Source: Eledone cirrhosa (Eukaryota). Taken from it: 64,000 nucleotides of DNA. Shown piece after piece: positions 47,224-60,498 of this stretch. The stretch covers positions 55,180,001 to 55,244,000 of the forward strand of contig OZ024740.1 of the NCBI GenBank assembly GCA_964016885.1, given 5' to 3'. The notes beneath the pieces were generated by a model. It did no database searches. It worked only from the letters and a program-made list of their open reading frames with translations, and was not told where the DNA came from. Within the stretch, counting starts at the first letter, position 1. Each line of letters opens with the position of its first letter. The position numbers and the translations under genes were made by a program.

Positions 47224-47480
47224 TATCCTCCTCCTCCTCATCATCATCATCATCCTCATTAAGATCATCATCACCATCGTCATCATCATCATCATCATCC
47301 TCATTATGATCATCATCCCATTCATCATCATCATTATCCTCCTCCTCATCATCATCATCAACATCATGATCGTCATCACCTTCATCATGATCATCATCAT
47401 CCTCATTAAGATCATCATCATCATCAACATTATCCTCATTAAGATCATGATAATGATGAACATCATCATCATTATCATCA
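46428..47480. repeat. Opposed (GAT)n and (CAT)n degenerate mini/microsatellites around an 80-bp spacer
   Basis: 46428-46790 GAT-based units with GGGTGATTAT; 46870-47480 CAT-based 36-bp higher-order units. Confidence 0.9.
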
Positions 47481-47974
47481 CCACAATAATAACAATAGTC
47501 AACCCCATCGTAATCGTCACAGTCTACGTCAACATCATCAGCAGCAGCTGCATCAGCGTCACCTCCACCAACGCCGCCATCCTAGTCTCTTTCATTATCA
47601 AGTATGTCCTTACCGTTGGCATGACAACGATACCATCACATCATGTTGCTGCTGTACTTGTGCTGGTGGTGTAGCTGTTAATGCATACACGGACAGATAA
47701 ACAAACGTACACACACTCACACACACACACATACATATATATACACAGGCACACACACATCTATATGTATATATATATATATATATATGCATATATAAAA
47801 AGAAAGAGAGGGCGAGAGGGAAAGAGAGAGATACATACAAACAAGCATGCATATATTGATATACCTATAAAGATATATATACATATAGGTATATATAAAT
47901 ACGTTAAATATATGTACATATACGTATATATACATATATATTTATATATATGCATATATATGCATATATATATA

Positions 47975-48111
<137 letters not shown>

Positions 48112-48120
48112 ATAAATATA

Positions 48121-48335
48121 TCAGATGTGAGAAAAACCACAGACCCTCCATCTCAACTCTACTTTTGAAAAGCAGAAGAACTGCGAAACAGGTAAAGGAA
48201 CCAAATAAATATATATATTTTTTAAAAAAATAAGACTCCAGTTGCATTTTCGATTTCATCTCTTTTTCTTTATACTTTCACTCGTGTAGGGCACCTCGGT
48301 TATTTTTCATTTTGTAAAAAAAAACTCACTTTCTA

Positions 48336-48336
<1 letters not shown>
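48121..48336 (+). mobile_element. Family D (TA)n-flanked element
   Basis: Near-identical reverse-complement copy at 52831-53038 (same spurious peptide in the ORF track). Confidence 0.8.
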
Positions 48337-48366
<30 letters not shown>

Positions 48367-48521
48367 TTATATATATATATATATATATATATGCAAAGTT
48401 TTATTTAAATTGTTGGGTTACAACGAGTAAATATTTATAACTGATATAAAAGCACTCAACAAGTATTTGGAGTATATTTACGATATTAAATAAATGGAAA
48501 CTATATTTATAAAATCATATT

Positions 48522-48587
48522 TATTTCATTATATATATTTCAGGGATATCATATTAAAAATATGGTATGCCTTCATCAGACAAAATA
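48522..48587 (-). ncRNA. Minimal type I hammerhead ribozyme motif (A2, left arm)
   Basis: TATTTTGT-CTGATGA-AGGcATAcCATAT-tttta-ATATGaTATcCCT-GAAA-T-ATAT-A-TA-ATGAAATA. Confidence 0.78.
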
Positions 48588-48767
48588 CAATGCCTTCATC
48601 AGACAAAATACAATATAAACAGTCTTATAAATAGATAGATTTGATATACCTTACACTTCAACTTCCATTTAAAAAGTTGATTTGGTAGACTACCAAATCA
48701 ACTTTTTAAATGGAAGTTGAAGTGTAAGGTATGTCAAATCTATCTATTTATAAGACTGTTTATATTG

Positions 48768-48833
48768 TATTTTGTCTGATGAAGGCATACCATATTTTTA
48801 ATATGATATCCCTGAAATATATATAAGGAAATA
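48768..48833 (+). ncRNA. Minimal type I hammerhead ribozyme motif (A2, right arm)
   Basis: CTGATGA 48776-48782, GAAA 48814-48817, palindromic TATATA stem/loop III, one mismatch in stem I. Confidence 0.72.
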
Positions 48834-48873
48834 AATATGATTTTATAAATATAGTTTCCATTTATTTAATATC

Positions 48874-48957
<84 letters not shown>

Positions 48958-49014
48958 GCATGTCCAGAGAATTATTTGATAATATATATACATCATCTCT
49001 ACTCCCAATCAGCA

Positions 49015-49097
<83 letters not shown>

Positions 49098-49815
49098 GTA
49101 TATATACATACATGAATATATGAATACTTAACAATATATAACATCAATATTGTTGATCTCCTTCGAAAGAAAAAACTCAGAAAGGAAATGAATTGTCTCC
49201 CCTAACGTTACACGTGAAACAGAGGCTATCATAACTTCAGTGTTATACTAGTTACAAATGTGTTTTGCATTCACAGCATGGTAGTGTGGTAATTAACTAA
49301 CCTTAGGAAACTTTTGATTCTTATATCAGTCCTACCAACGACAATTTGTGCCCGTGTCATTCCCATTGAATTACAGGAAGAGGAATGTTTTGCAGATATA
49401 TGTGCCCCTGTGCCTGTGGGCGGGTGTGTATGTGAATCTATATATATGCTAATTATCTGTCTTTCTATATATGTGTGTATGTGTATGTGTTGGTGTAAAC
49501 GCGTGTAGCTTAATGGTAAGAGTTTTCAGCAAACGATTATGAAATCGTGTTTGATGCATGACGTCGTGTAGCATCCTTAGGCAAGTCACTTGCCTGCAGT
49601 TCATTCAGCTGGATATAACGTGTTGTACCGGCAATTCAAAGGAGCCAGCCTGGTCCTACATTACAAGTGTATATGGAATGCTGAGCCACATACACACACA
49701 CACACTCACTCTCTCACTCACTCACATTCACACATAAACACACACACACACACACACACAGATACATGCATACAAACACGCACATACACACACACACAAT
49801 CAAACACACACACAC

Positions 49816-49874
<59 letters not shown>

Positions 49875-49894
49875 TATAAATATATATATATATA

Positions 49895-50048
49895 TAGGAT
49901 AAGAGTCAGGGCCCCGACGGCTGAGCTCCGTATGGGGCTCACCCGTCGGGGTCCTGACTCTTTTCCTATTACCCACTCTACTACCCATAGTATCGAGTAC
50001 TCTGGTGCATTATGGTGCACCCGGTTCCTTTCCACACTTTCTTTGTTA
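49895..50048 (+). mobile_element. Family B element: about 35-bp inverted arms plus tail, within (TA)n
   Basis: AAGAGTCAGGGCCCCGACGGCTGAGCTCC-gtat-GGGGCTCACCCGTCGGGGTCCTGACTCTT, then the conserved tail. Confidence 0.8.
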
Positions 50049-50243
50049 TATATATATATTCAGTCTGCCAAATTCAACTCACATTCAGTCGGACCAGCCA
50101 AAGTTACAAAATTAACAGAAATACACCGCAGTTGCTGAGAATCTGTAACCACGTGTTCAATTAAAAGAAGCAAATTTACTTTGTATCAGCTGCTTCCCCG
50201 AAATAGACATTACGATATTGAAGCGTCATTAACAGCATGTTGC

Positions 50244-50293
50244 ATAGCAACAGTTTCAAACGTCTCTGTGCACAGAGACGTTTGAAACTGTTG

Positions 50294-50297
<4 letters not shown>
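50244..50297. repeat. Perfect 54-bp palindrome abutting (TA)n
   Basis: ATAGCAACAGTTTCAAACGTCTCTGTG|CACAGAGACGTTTGAAACTGTTGCTAT. Confidence 0.92.
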
Positions 50298-50337
<40 letters not shown>

Positions 50338-50361
50338 ATAAATATATATACATATATATCT

Positions 50362-50443
<82 letters not shown>

Positions 50444-50919
50444 CTGTCTCTGTCTATGCCTGTGTACGTGTTTATCTAAAATATACATACATTAATAGAA
50501 GCACACAAGCGCATACACGCACGAAAATATACACGATGCACACAAGTATAAACACACATATAGTATAAACACACATATAAACTCACATAACATATATATA
50601 TATAAATATATTCATATCTTCTATTACATAGCCACCAATGACGTCACAGATTTAAACATCTCACCAGTTGTTAATGATGTATTTTATTTTTATCACGAAG
50701 TGAACCGCATTCGTGATTATCCTTAGAAGATGTATCCACATGCGTAGTTTTCAGCAGCAGTTGACAAATGATTTTTTTTCTAATGATAAACCAATTTACA
50801 TTTTACTGCCTAGCAAGACATCATCGCATAAATGCATACATTCTGTGTACCTATATGTATGTGTTGATGTATGCATGTATGCATGTATATTTGTATATTT
50901 GTTTGGATGTAAGTGCCGA

Positions 50920-50951
<32 letters not shown>

Positions 50952-50991
50952 CACATATATATATATATATTAGCATGTATGTGTGTCTATG

Positions 50992-51065
<74 letters not shown>

Positions 51066-51074
51066 CACAGATAC

Positions 51075-51123
<49 letters not shown>

Positions 51124-51228
51124 GACACACTTACATGCTAATGTGTATATGTATGTATGTATGTATGTATCGGCACTTACATCCAAACAAATATACAAAT
51201 ATACATGCATACATGCATACATCAACAC

Positions 51229-51298
<70 letters not shown>

Positions 51299-51304
51299 AT
51301 ATTA

Positions 51305-51416
<112 letters not shown>

Positions 51417-51422
51417 ATATTA

Positions 51423-51526
<104 letters not shown>

Positions 51527-52359
51527 ATGTATGTATGTATATAAACATCTAATCACATACAGGAGAAAATCTAATGACATAAACAAATAACATTACCATG
51601 TTGCTAAAATTAATCGTTGAGGTTAATTTAATTTCAATAATTTCTTTTTTATGTATGTATATGTATGTATATATGTATGTATATATGTATATATATATGT
51701 ATTTATGTATGTATGTATGTATGTATATGTATGAATATGTATGTATGTTTGTATGTATGTATGTATGTATGTATGTATGTATGTATGTATGTATGTATGT
51801 ATGTATGTATATATTTATGTATGTATATGTATGTATGTTTGTATGTATGTATAAGTATGTATGCGTTTATGTATGTATATATGTATGTACGCATGTATAT
51901 ATATATTTTATCTTTAATCGATTCAATTATTTGATTTTCTTTGTATTTATTTTAGTGACTGATGGTGAGACTGATTATGTCTGTGTATGTGAACATGTGT
52001 GTGTGTCTGTGTGCGTGTGTGTATGTGTATGTGTGTTTGTGTGTCTGTATGTCTGTGTGTGTGTGTGTGTGCCTGAGTAGGTCTGAGTCAATTCAATTTG
52101 TCTTCTTACATGCGACAATGAGAAATGACAACTCTAACAAACTTGCATTCTTCATTTACGCAAGAATTTGATTATCAATAAACAGTCAGCCAGTATTAGT
52201 CTTTAAATACACTTTGAATCAGAATAGTTAATTAATAATATTGGGAGTTTTAAAGAAAATTATTATTACTATTATTATTATTAATTCTTTTTACTGTTAT
52301 TTTTTTCTTTATTCATGTTTTTATGGCAACGTGTTAATGGTGATTAGGAGTGTTTTTAA

Positions 52360-52580
52360 ACCTTTAGCATTTAAACCTTGCGTATCCGGCCGCAATTCCC
52401 TCACCCCTTTCTGTTCAAACAGGCTGTGATCGGCCGGTCATACTTATGTTAAGATATTGTTCTCAAAATAAATAATATCGAAGTCTCATAGCTTCGATAT
52501 TATATGAGATAATTATGTGAGATAAAGACTTTAACATGAAAATATAATAGTAAATATAGAGTTAAGTAAATGCTAAAGGG
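52360..52580. mobile_element. piggyBac-like MITE
   Basis: TTAA-(a)CCTTTAGCATTTA ... TAAATGCTAAAGGG-TTAA. Confidence 0.75.
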
Positions 52581-52775
52581 TTAAATCGGAAGGTCATGTT
52601 TTATATGTACCATCTAAAAATATAGGAATCAATTTGTAAACACGATCAATTGTTAATTATGTAAACATTTTTAATTGTTTCTCTTTTTAAATTTTATAAT
52701 GTCGTGTCAGCAACTGGAAGTAAGAAAATGCAATAGACGTGTATTTTCAAGTGTTATAATTCTAATTGAAAACAA

Positions 52776-52822
<47 letters not shown>

Positions 52823-52830
52823 TATATATA

Positions 52831-53234
52831 TTAGAAAATGAGGTTTTTTTTACAAACTAAAAAATAACCGGTGTCCTACACGAGTGAAAGTATAAAGAAA
52901 AAAAGATGAAATTGAAAATGCAACTGGGGTTTTATTTAAAAAAATATATATATTTATTTGGTTCCTTTACCTGTTTCGCAGTTCTTCTGCTTTTCAAAAG
53001 TAGAGTTGAGATGGAGGGTCTGTGGTTTTTCTCACATTTGGTTGGTCTCTGAATGTTACTTGTTTTATATGGAAAAAAGTGGCTCGAAAAAATATAATAA
53101 ATTTCGCGCCAGTGTTTGAAGAACTTTTTAACGCGAACTGCGCGAAATTTATTATAATTATTGACCAACCAATCAAATTACTTCTCTAAAAACCTGGGAT
53201 TTCGAGCCACTCAAGTTGCATTTTCGATTTCATC

Positions 53235-53240
<6 letters not shown>
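52831..53240 (-). mobile_element. Family D element with a short inverted arm
   Basis: Reverse complement of 48121-48336 plus upstream sequence; 53214-53238 is an inverted copy of AGTTGCATTTTCGATTTCATC; (TA)n on both sides. Confidence 0.8.
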
Positions 53241-53270
<30 letters not shown>

Positions 53271-54664
53271 TAAAATATATATATATATATTAGTAAAAAG
53301 AAAATGCTGACAAATTTTTCCCAGTGAAAAATAGTTTAATTAGGAATAAGTATAAATTAGTAATAAGTATTAGTTTGTATTCAGTTTTAGTTTTAAGTTT
53401 TTACCGTTTGTGCATTTTTTATGCTTTTCAAAAATAATTTTGAGATGAGTGCTCGTGATTTTTGCTCCAATCTGATCAGTTTTGGAAATTATTTCTGTTT
53501 TATGTGAAAAAAGTGGGTTAAGAGGTATTAACATTTGGTTGGTTGTTGAATGTCACGTGAATATACACTATAAATTTCGCGCCAATTCTTGTAGTCAAAA
53601 CAATTTTGATTGGTTGGAAGAAGTCACGTGAATGTTTAAATTGATTTTAGCACGAACATGCATATATATAGAACAATATCCAGTGAATTCGATTTGATTA
53701 TATATGTATGTATATACTCAAATACGGCACAAAATAACAGAGTAACAAACAGTTAAAAGATAGAAGTTTAAAACAAAATCGACAGTACTTGAAAATAAAT
53801 GCAAAATTAATATGCACCGTAGACATACAGAAAAATATGATCACTGCGTGTTCATTGAGAATATATACCCTGAATAGAATGAAAAGAGGTGAATGTGAGT
53901 TTCATTAATGTTGTGACATTAAAAGGTTACATTATATATACTATTTCCCAGCTTTGAAGAGAAATATCTGTTCGAAATGTATTGTTGATCATCTATATTT
54001 ATACCATTTCCAAGGTCAATAAGAGTTATATATTATGGTAAATCCAAGTGTTTATTTGGACTCTGGTTTCAAAATCATGGTTTCGAACATTGTTAGTATT
54101 TACAAGCAGCAGTAAAGGTTGATTTATTTTAGAGGGAATGGGATATCCTCATCCTTTCTCCTTTCACTTTGTAGACATTATAGTTGGCTTTCCCTTTTTA
54201 AGGTTTGGTCAGTGGGGAGGCGACAGTACCTCAAGTCCTTCAAAGGCTGATGTCGGTGTTGTTGTTGTTGGTTAGCCATTGGTCAGATTGCTCGAGTATA
54301 CCTGTAATCAAAGGCATTCAAGCTGAAACCATTCTGTATTTTTTATATGTGCTTGGAATGCAGAACCACATTAACCTTTTTTTAAAAATAAGGTAGGATG
54401 TATTACGTGGGAACTTGAATTATTTTTTAGCAAGTGTAATGATCACATAGAGGCTCTATTGTTAGTTCATGTGAGAAGTTTTGTTATTGTATAAGTGGGG
54501 TGTAGTATGAGTATGGTGTAGTGAACGTTGGCCTGTAATGTGGTTTAATGTGGTTTATGATGGAGAGTTTATAGCTATTTCTCCGCACCCAGGTGAAACT
54601 GGTCAAGTAGACCTTGAGCATTTCATTCTTATTTCAAATATACATGGAAACGGGATTACGCTAT

Positions 54665-54751
<87 letters not shown>

Positions 54752-55129
54752 TTATATAAATATATATATGAGTGTATGTATGCATGTATGTATGTATCGT
54801 TAATATGTAGGTGTAAATACTTGACCCATATTAGTTTCCTTATGGCGGTTAATGGATTTCAGTTTTCCCGTCAATTTATTAAGCAGAACCTACATTAATA
54901 AGCAAAAAAATTCAATGATCTAAAGGTCAAATATTCTTCTACTTCTTCTTGCTTTAGCCGGGATAATTTAGTGGGCTTGAACCTCAGTACATGGGAAGGC
55001 AATCCCATGCCGATGACTAGTACCAGGTAGACAAGAATTGGATAGAGAGAAAGCTGTTCCTCAACAGTCGTTAAACTCTTTCCATACCAATCACTTTATC
55101 TGCATTTATATCCAGATGTTCTGCTGCAT

Positions 55130-56030
55130 ATTGCAACTCTTCGCCACTGTTTACTAAATATTCATCAATCGTTCACCTTTTACTACAATAATCCACACTG
55201 ATGAAACCTTTATCACCATTGTTTCGCTTTATGTTTGCTATAAGGTGTAAAGCTCCGTACAATGTCATTAATCTTCTTGTCTTTCTATCCACCTTTGATA
55301 TTTCTTCTTTAGTCCACTCGAGAATAGACGGACTATATCTAACCGCTGCAACTGCGCCGATACTCATTGCAATGACTAGATTTCACACAAACGTGTTTTA
55401 AATACATTTTAATCTTTTTAAATATATATCTCTAATCATTCTTTTATTTCTGCATGTAAAATATCATCCAGTTTTAAAATCTCTAAAATAGTTGTATTCA
55501 CTACCTTCTGTTTCCCGCATGTTTTCCACCAACTGCTCTCATCCTTCTTTTCATACTGAGCAAAGATCACTTGGAAATCTTAAATTCCATACCGATGTCA
55601 CTGCTATATATCAGTGTTATAGGTACAATTTCTATAACAAATATTCATGGTGAAAATGAGTCACGTTTTAATTTTTACTTCTTCAAGGAATATATTGCTC
55701 GAATACAGTTTATTTTTCCATACTATTCAGAAGGAAATTTGTGCTGTTATCAGCATAACAAATATCTACAGTCATTCAACCACCGAAAATGAGGCACCAT
55801 ATCATATGCCTTCTTAAGGTTAATCCTGGCCATAGACATGTCGGTATCTTGCTTTTTCCATTTCCTCAAAATTGTCTTATCGATCACCAGTTGCTCTTTG
55901 GTACCCTGAGTTCTATTCCTATATCCATTTTACTTTTTGGGAAAATTCTTTCCTGTAAAAGAAAACTATATGACTTCTCCGCAAATATCCCAGGAGGAAC
56001 CGGGAGGTTACCAGTTTGGTACCTTAGCGA
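55130..56030 (-). mobile_element. Degenerate R4/Dong-clade LINE reverse transcriptase relic with internal deletions
   Basis: Translations GTKEQLVIDKTILR..INLKKAYDMVPH, YSSDIGMEFKISK*, AVAAVRYS..LEWTKEEISKVDRKTRRLMTLYGALH. Confidence 0.8.
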
Positions 56031-56164
56031 CTGTGTTTATAGTAACAACTCATTGTCTATTTCCTTTGTATACATCATATTTTTTCCACATTATTATTGA
56101 GATACCATCTCTATATAACATTCCCTACCAGGCTAAAAGTGTTTTTGTTTTTATCATTATTATT

Positions 56165-56385
56165 ATTGGATTAACAGTATCGGTAACGCGTCAGACACCA
56201 TCTTTTGCAGCATAGAGTTATAGCCCTACCCGTTCTGAGTTCATATCCCGCCGCGGTTAGCTTTGCCTATCTTCCATGCGGGGTCGATAAAATAAAGTAC
56301 CAGTAACGCAGTGGGGTCGATCTGATCGTATCCCCACTTCCAAATGATGGCCTTGTGCCTATAGTAGAAATCCTTATTATTATCA
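56165..56385 (+). mobile_element. S1 SINE, long form
   Basis: S1 consensus including the extra GGGGTCGAT..ATCG..CCCC segment; (ATT)n on both sides. Confidence 0.85.
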
Positions 56386-57049
56386 TTATCAACATTAAAG
56401 AAAGTATTATCATTGTTCTTGTTTACATGTTCCCCATGTTGTGCAGTTATTGTTACTGTTGTTGATGCTTCTGTATTTGTTGTTGCTTTTTGTTACTACT
56501 GTCATTATAATTGATGTTGTTACTCGTCTAATCCTCGGTAGCCTATTTAGTTTTATTAATGTGATTTGGTTTTAGCGGTGCTGGTAACGGTACCTTTTCA
56601 AATCCTTCTGTGGTGATGTAGTAGTGGTGGTGGTGATGGTGATGGAGTAGTGATGGTAGTAGTGATGGATTAGGAGGTGTGGTTGTTAATGGTGTGTTTG
56701 CATCGGCTAAATATTGGAGCCATAAAATCGGTGTGTAATGTTTGTTATTGTGTGCGTTATTTTCTGTAGCCATTCAGCTAAGTTCAGAGTGTTGTCGTTG
56801 CTACTAGCATCGAGAAGAAAAGTTAACATCTGACTTCCGCTTTCACAAAATTTACGCCATTTTGAATGATTCCAAAAGTTAGAAGTTAAACTTTGGAACG
56901 GTCCACAAAATTATGTCCCGTGGTGGTGGTGATGGGCAAATATATGTCATTTACAATGCTTGCTATTAACTTTCGCTGAACGTTTTCGGTATAATTATGC
57001 AAAAATTGAACAAACACTTACCCTTAAATGAAACAACGTATGTGGTGTC

Positions 57050-57420
57050 CCAAGATTTTACGGCCCTTAACTTTCTGAGTTCAAATCCCGCCGAGATAGG
57101 TTTGCCTTTCATTCTTACGGGATCGATAAAATAAAATACCAGTAATGCACTGGAGTCGATGTCATCGATTTACCCTCCCTAGAATTGTTGGCCGTGTGCA
57201 TAAATCAGAAAACATTATTATTATGAAATAAGGCGGTGGATTGGCAGTATCGGTAGAGGGTCGGATGCCATGCTTTCGAGCATAGTTACATCCCTTTACG
57301 ATCTGAGTTCAAATCCCGCCGAGGTTATATTTGCCTTTCATCCTTACGGGGTCGATAAAATAAAGTACGAGTAATGCACTGGTTAATTGCTGGCCTTGTG
57401 CCTAAAGTAGAAACAATTAT
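57050..57420 (+). mobile_element. S1 long form (57050-57225) followed by a full-length S1 short form (57232-57420)
   Basis: Short copy flanked by the 16-bp TSD ATTATTATTATGAAAT (57214-57229, 57416-57431). Confidence 0.9.
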
Positions 57421-58160
57421 TATTATGAAATTTTCAATAATATCTGTGACATAATTTCTAGATTAATATTTCAGCCACATTTACCTTCATTTACAATATT
57501 TCAGCCACATTTACCTCTATTTCCATTATTTCATTCATCGGGGTACACTTATTCAACAACTATTCTAATCCTTTATAGTTTTCTGGTTGTGTGAATATAT
57601 ATACACACACACATGTATAGACACACACACATATATATATGTAAGTATGTATGTGTGTATGTGTGCGTGTGCCTGTGTGTGTGTCTGTGTGAGTGTGGTT
57701 TTGTTTCTCTGTGTCCAAAGAGAGAGACGGTGAGAAAGAACGAAAAAGAAAAAAATATGTATATATATATATATATAATTAATCCATCGATCGATATGCG
57801 AGTGTAACTGTATTGTCATGTATCTGCATAAGTACATAAACACACACATGTTCACATACACGCATAAATGCACATACACATGCAGCAACACTAATTTTAA
57901 CAACAAATATTATCTAAATTAGTTGAGATCTAAATTAGTCGAGACTTACTTAAAATATATTTATTAAACAAACGCAATGCTAATCACTTAGAGTTTCAAA
58001 ACCATGTGTTTCGACCCATTTGTGTGAGTTGTTTACCCGAAGGTGTGTATAAGGTTTTCAAACGATTATTCCCTCATTCTATACGTTACTATGTACCGAT
58101 GTATCAAAGTGCCACATGTGTGATAGTCTGTTTTAAAACAATTTTAATATTCAATATATG

Positions 58161-58233
<73 letters not shown>

Positions 58234-58480
58234 ACTTTATCATTTATTTTATTTTGTTTTGACCTGTTTAGCTTGATTTGAATTTAGGCTTAGATGGTTG
58301 ATGCTTTCTTCACCACTATTTTAGTTTTGTATGTCCTCTTAACATATTGTTTAGCTCTAGTTTTTTAACTATCGAGCGCTTGCCAGTATCATATCTGAAT
58401 TTTGCGTTTCGTTTCGCCTTTTATGCCCGCCTAAATGCGATTCTCGCTGAATCTATATTTGTATTTATATAGGCAGCTAG

Positions 58481-58639
<159 letters not shown>

Positions 58640-58704
58640 ATATATATACATGTGTGTGTGTGTGTGTGTGTGTCTGTGTGTGTGTGTGTCTGTGTGTGCG
58701 TATA

Positions 58705-59200
58705 CTAGCTGCCTTCCGACCTTCACATCCGTCCGTACCTTGCTAAAATCTATTTATAAAGCCTATTTGGGCATGTATCCTAATGCCCATTTTCCTTAAA
58801 ATAAAATATGTTAAATGGTATTTAAATATTGCATAACATATTTAACATTTATTTAGAATAGCTAAATGCAGAAAATAATAGAAAAACTTCAGTGTATGCA
58901 AAGTTGTTTACTTTTTTCTTTGGAGCATATATGAAACGCTTGAGGTGGATTCCTACTCTGGAACAACCTCCATAGAATTGACTATGTGAGAAACAGCCCT
59001 CCCCTAGATGGAGCTCGACAACCTTCCTTGTTTGACCGTGTGACTTTTTGATGGTCATTGCGTAACCGACTCTCACTGGGAATTTCAATAGTTTGAAACT
59101 GAAGGGGACATCTGTTGTTATTCTATGTATAAATACGATGTCTCCCTTACGATAGCCGGATTTTGGCTTCGATAATGTGAAGCCGAAATTCAGTAACAAC
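58705..59200 (-). mobile_element. 3' end of an autonomous-type Helitron (Pif1-like helicase C-terminus relic)
   Basis: FPVRVGYAMTIKKSHGQT..CFSHSQFYGGCSRVG corresponds to helicase motifs V/VI (FPvrlafAMTINKSQGQT..FSHGQLYVACSRV); ends CTAG|T at 58705 after a GC-rich subterminal segment. Confidence 0.88.
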
Positions 59201-59304
59201 CATACTTGTCCAATTGCACAATCATGACTGATCCAGAATTCTGAAAAGTATAGTGAATGTGCCCTTCTTCAATTCAAGTTTGTGCAGCTGTATAGCGGAT
59301 GGCT

Positions 59305-59343
<39 letters not shown>

Positions 59344-59344
59344 T

Positions 59345-59504
59345 TAGCAAAAGAGTCAGGACCCTGACGGCAGAGCTCAAGCCGTTTCGACGCTATTTCT
59401 GCCGTCGGGGTCCTGACTCTTTTCCTATTACCCACTCTACTACCCAAAGTATCGAGTACTCTGGTGCGTTATGGTCCACCTGATTCCTTACCACACTTCC
59501 TTCG

Positions 59505-59507
<3 letters not shown>
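59345..59507 (+). mobile_element. Family B element: inverted arm plus tail, within (TA)n
   Basis: AAAAGAGTCAGGACCCTGACGGCAGA ... TCTGCCGTCGGGGTCCTGACTCTTTT, then the conserved tail. Confidence 0.8.
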
Positions 59508-59543
<36 letters not shown>

Positions 59544-60375
59544 TATATATATATATATATATATTCGGTTGAGGTTGAATAGAAAATTATTGACTTGTTC
59601 TGACTACATGAGCCGGTTTTGTTTCATCCCTATGTTTCATCTTTGTCTCCGCCTACGTTTTGTTTAATGTTCTATTTCATTCAATCATGCTGTTTGCATT
59701 ATCGTTATAAACCTACATTGTCACAATCCTTTTAATATATTTAAATAATTGTTGACATGAAAGATGATGTTGTTGTTGACGCGTTGGTAGTGTTTGTTGT
59801 TATGGTTGATTTGTGGATGTTGATTAAAATTATTATATTCATGTTTTGTTTCTGAATCTGTGCATGGCACATTGATCAAATTACACATTGTTTTTTTGTG
59901 TTAATATTATATTCCATGCAATATATATAGAATACCGCTTTAAGTATATATTTATAACAGGAAAACATATTTTAACCGTAGTTTATCATAAAAGAACTCT
60001 GTAATTGACATAACGTTAGCTACTAATTCTCGCTGTCGGTATATAATTAACCTGTCATGCACCATATAACGCTATCAAAACACTAAATACATCTAGGTGG
60101 GATTTGAAGGCCTTCAGTCATTCTTCTACCACATTCTCTTCCTATTTAGCATAAACGCCTACATTTTCATAATAATAGTAACTTACATTCTAACTCTTTT
60201 TTCATAGCGTGTCAGTAATCGACGTTAAAATATGAGCTTCCAAAGCAAATGAAATGAGTCAACGTTTTATGGAGAAATCAATATTAGTTATCGAGCAATT
60301 TGTTAACTTATCTCTTTTGATAGAGGGTACTACTATACGTGTACCTTTATTCATATATAACACCATACCCCCCCC

Positions 60376-60457
<82 letters not shown>

Positions 60458-60458
60458 C

Positions 60459-60498
<40 letters not shown>

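Larger units (their letters stand above)
48393..48876 (-). mobile_element. Family A2 Penelope-like pLTR element: 187-bp inverted arms with 1-nt spacer plus about 86-bp tail, within (TA)n
   Basis: Inverted repeat centred on 48689; left arm has an extra 23-bp tandem duplication TGCCTTCATCAGACAAAATACAA. Confidence 0.85.

Noticed and set aside
46738-47674. His-rich and Ile-rich ORFs as candidate structural or metal-binding proteins
   Set aside because: Long ORFs on both strands arise from CAT repeats; no signal peptide, no Gly-His motifs and no splice context.
57232-57325. SINE heads as functional tRNA genes
   Set aside because: No complete cloverleaf; each runs into a SINE body, with TSDs on several copies.
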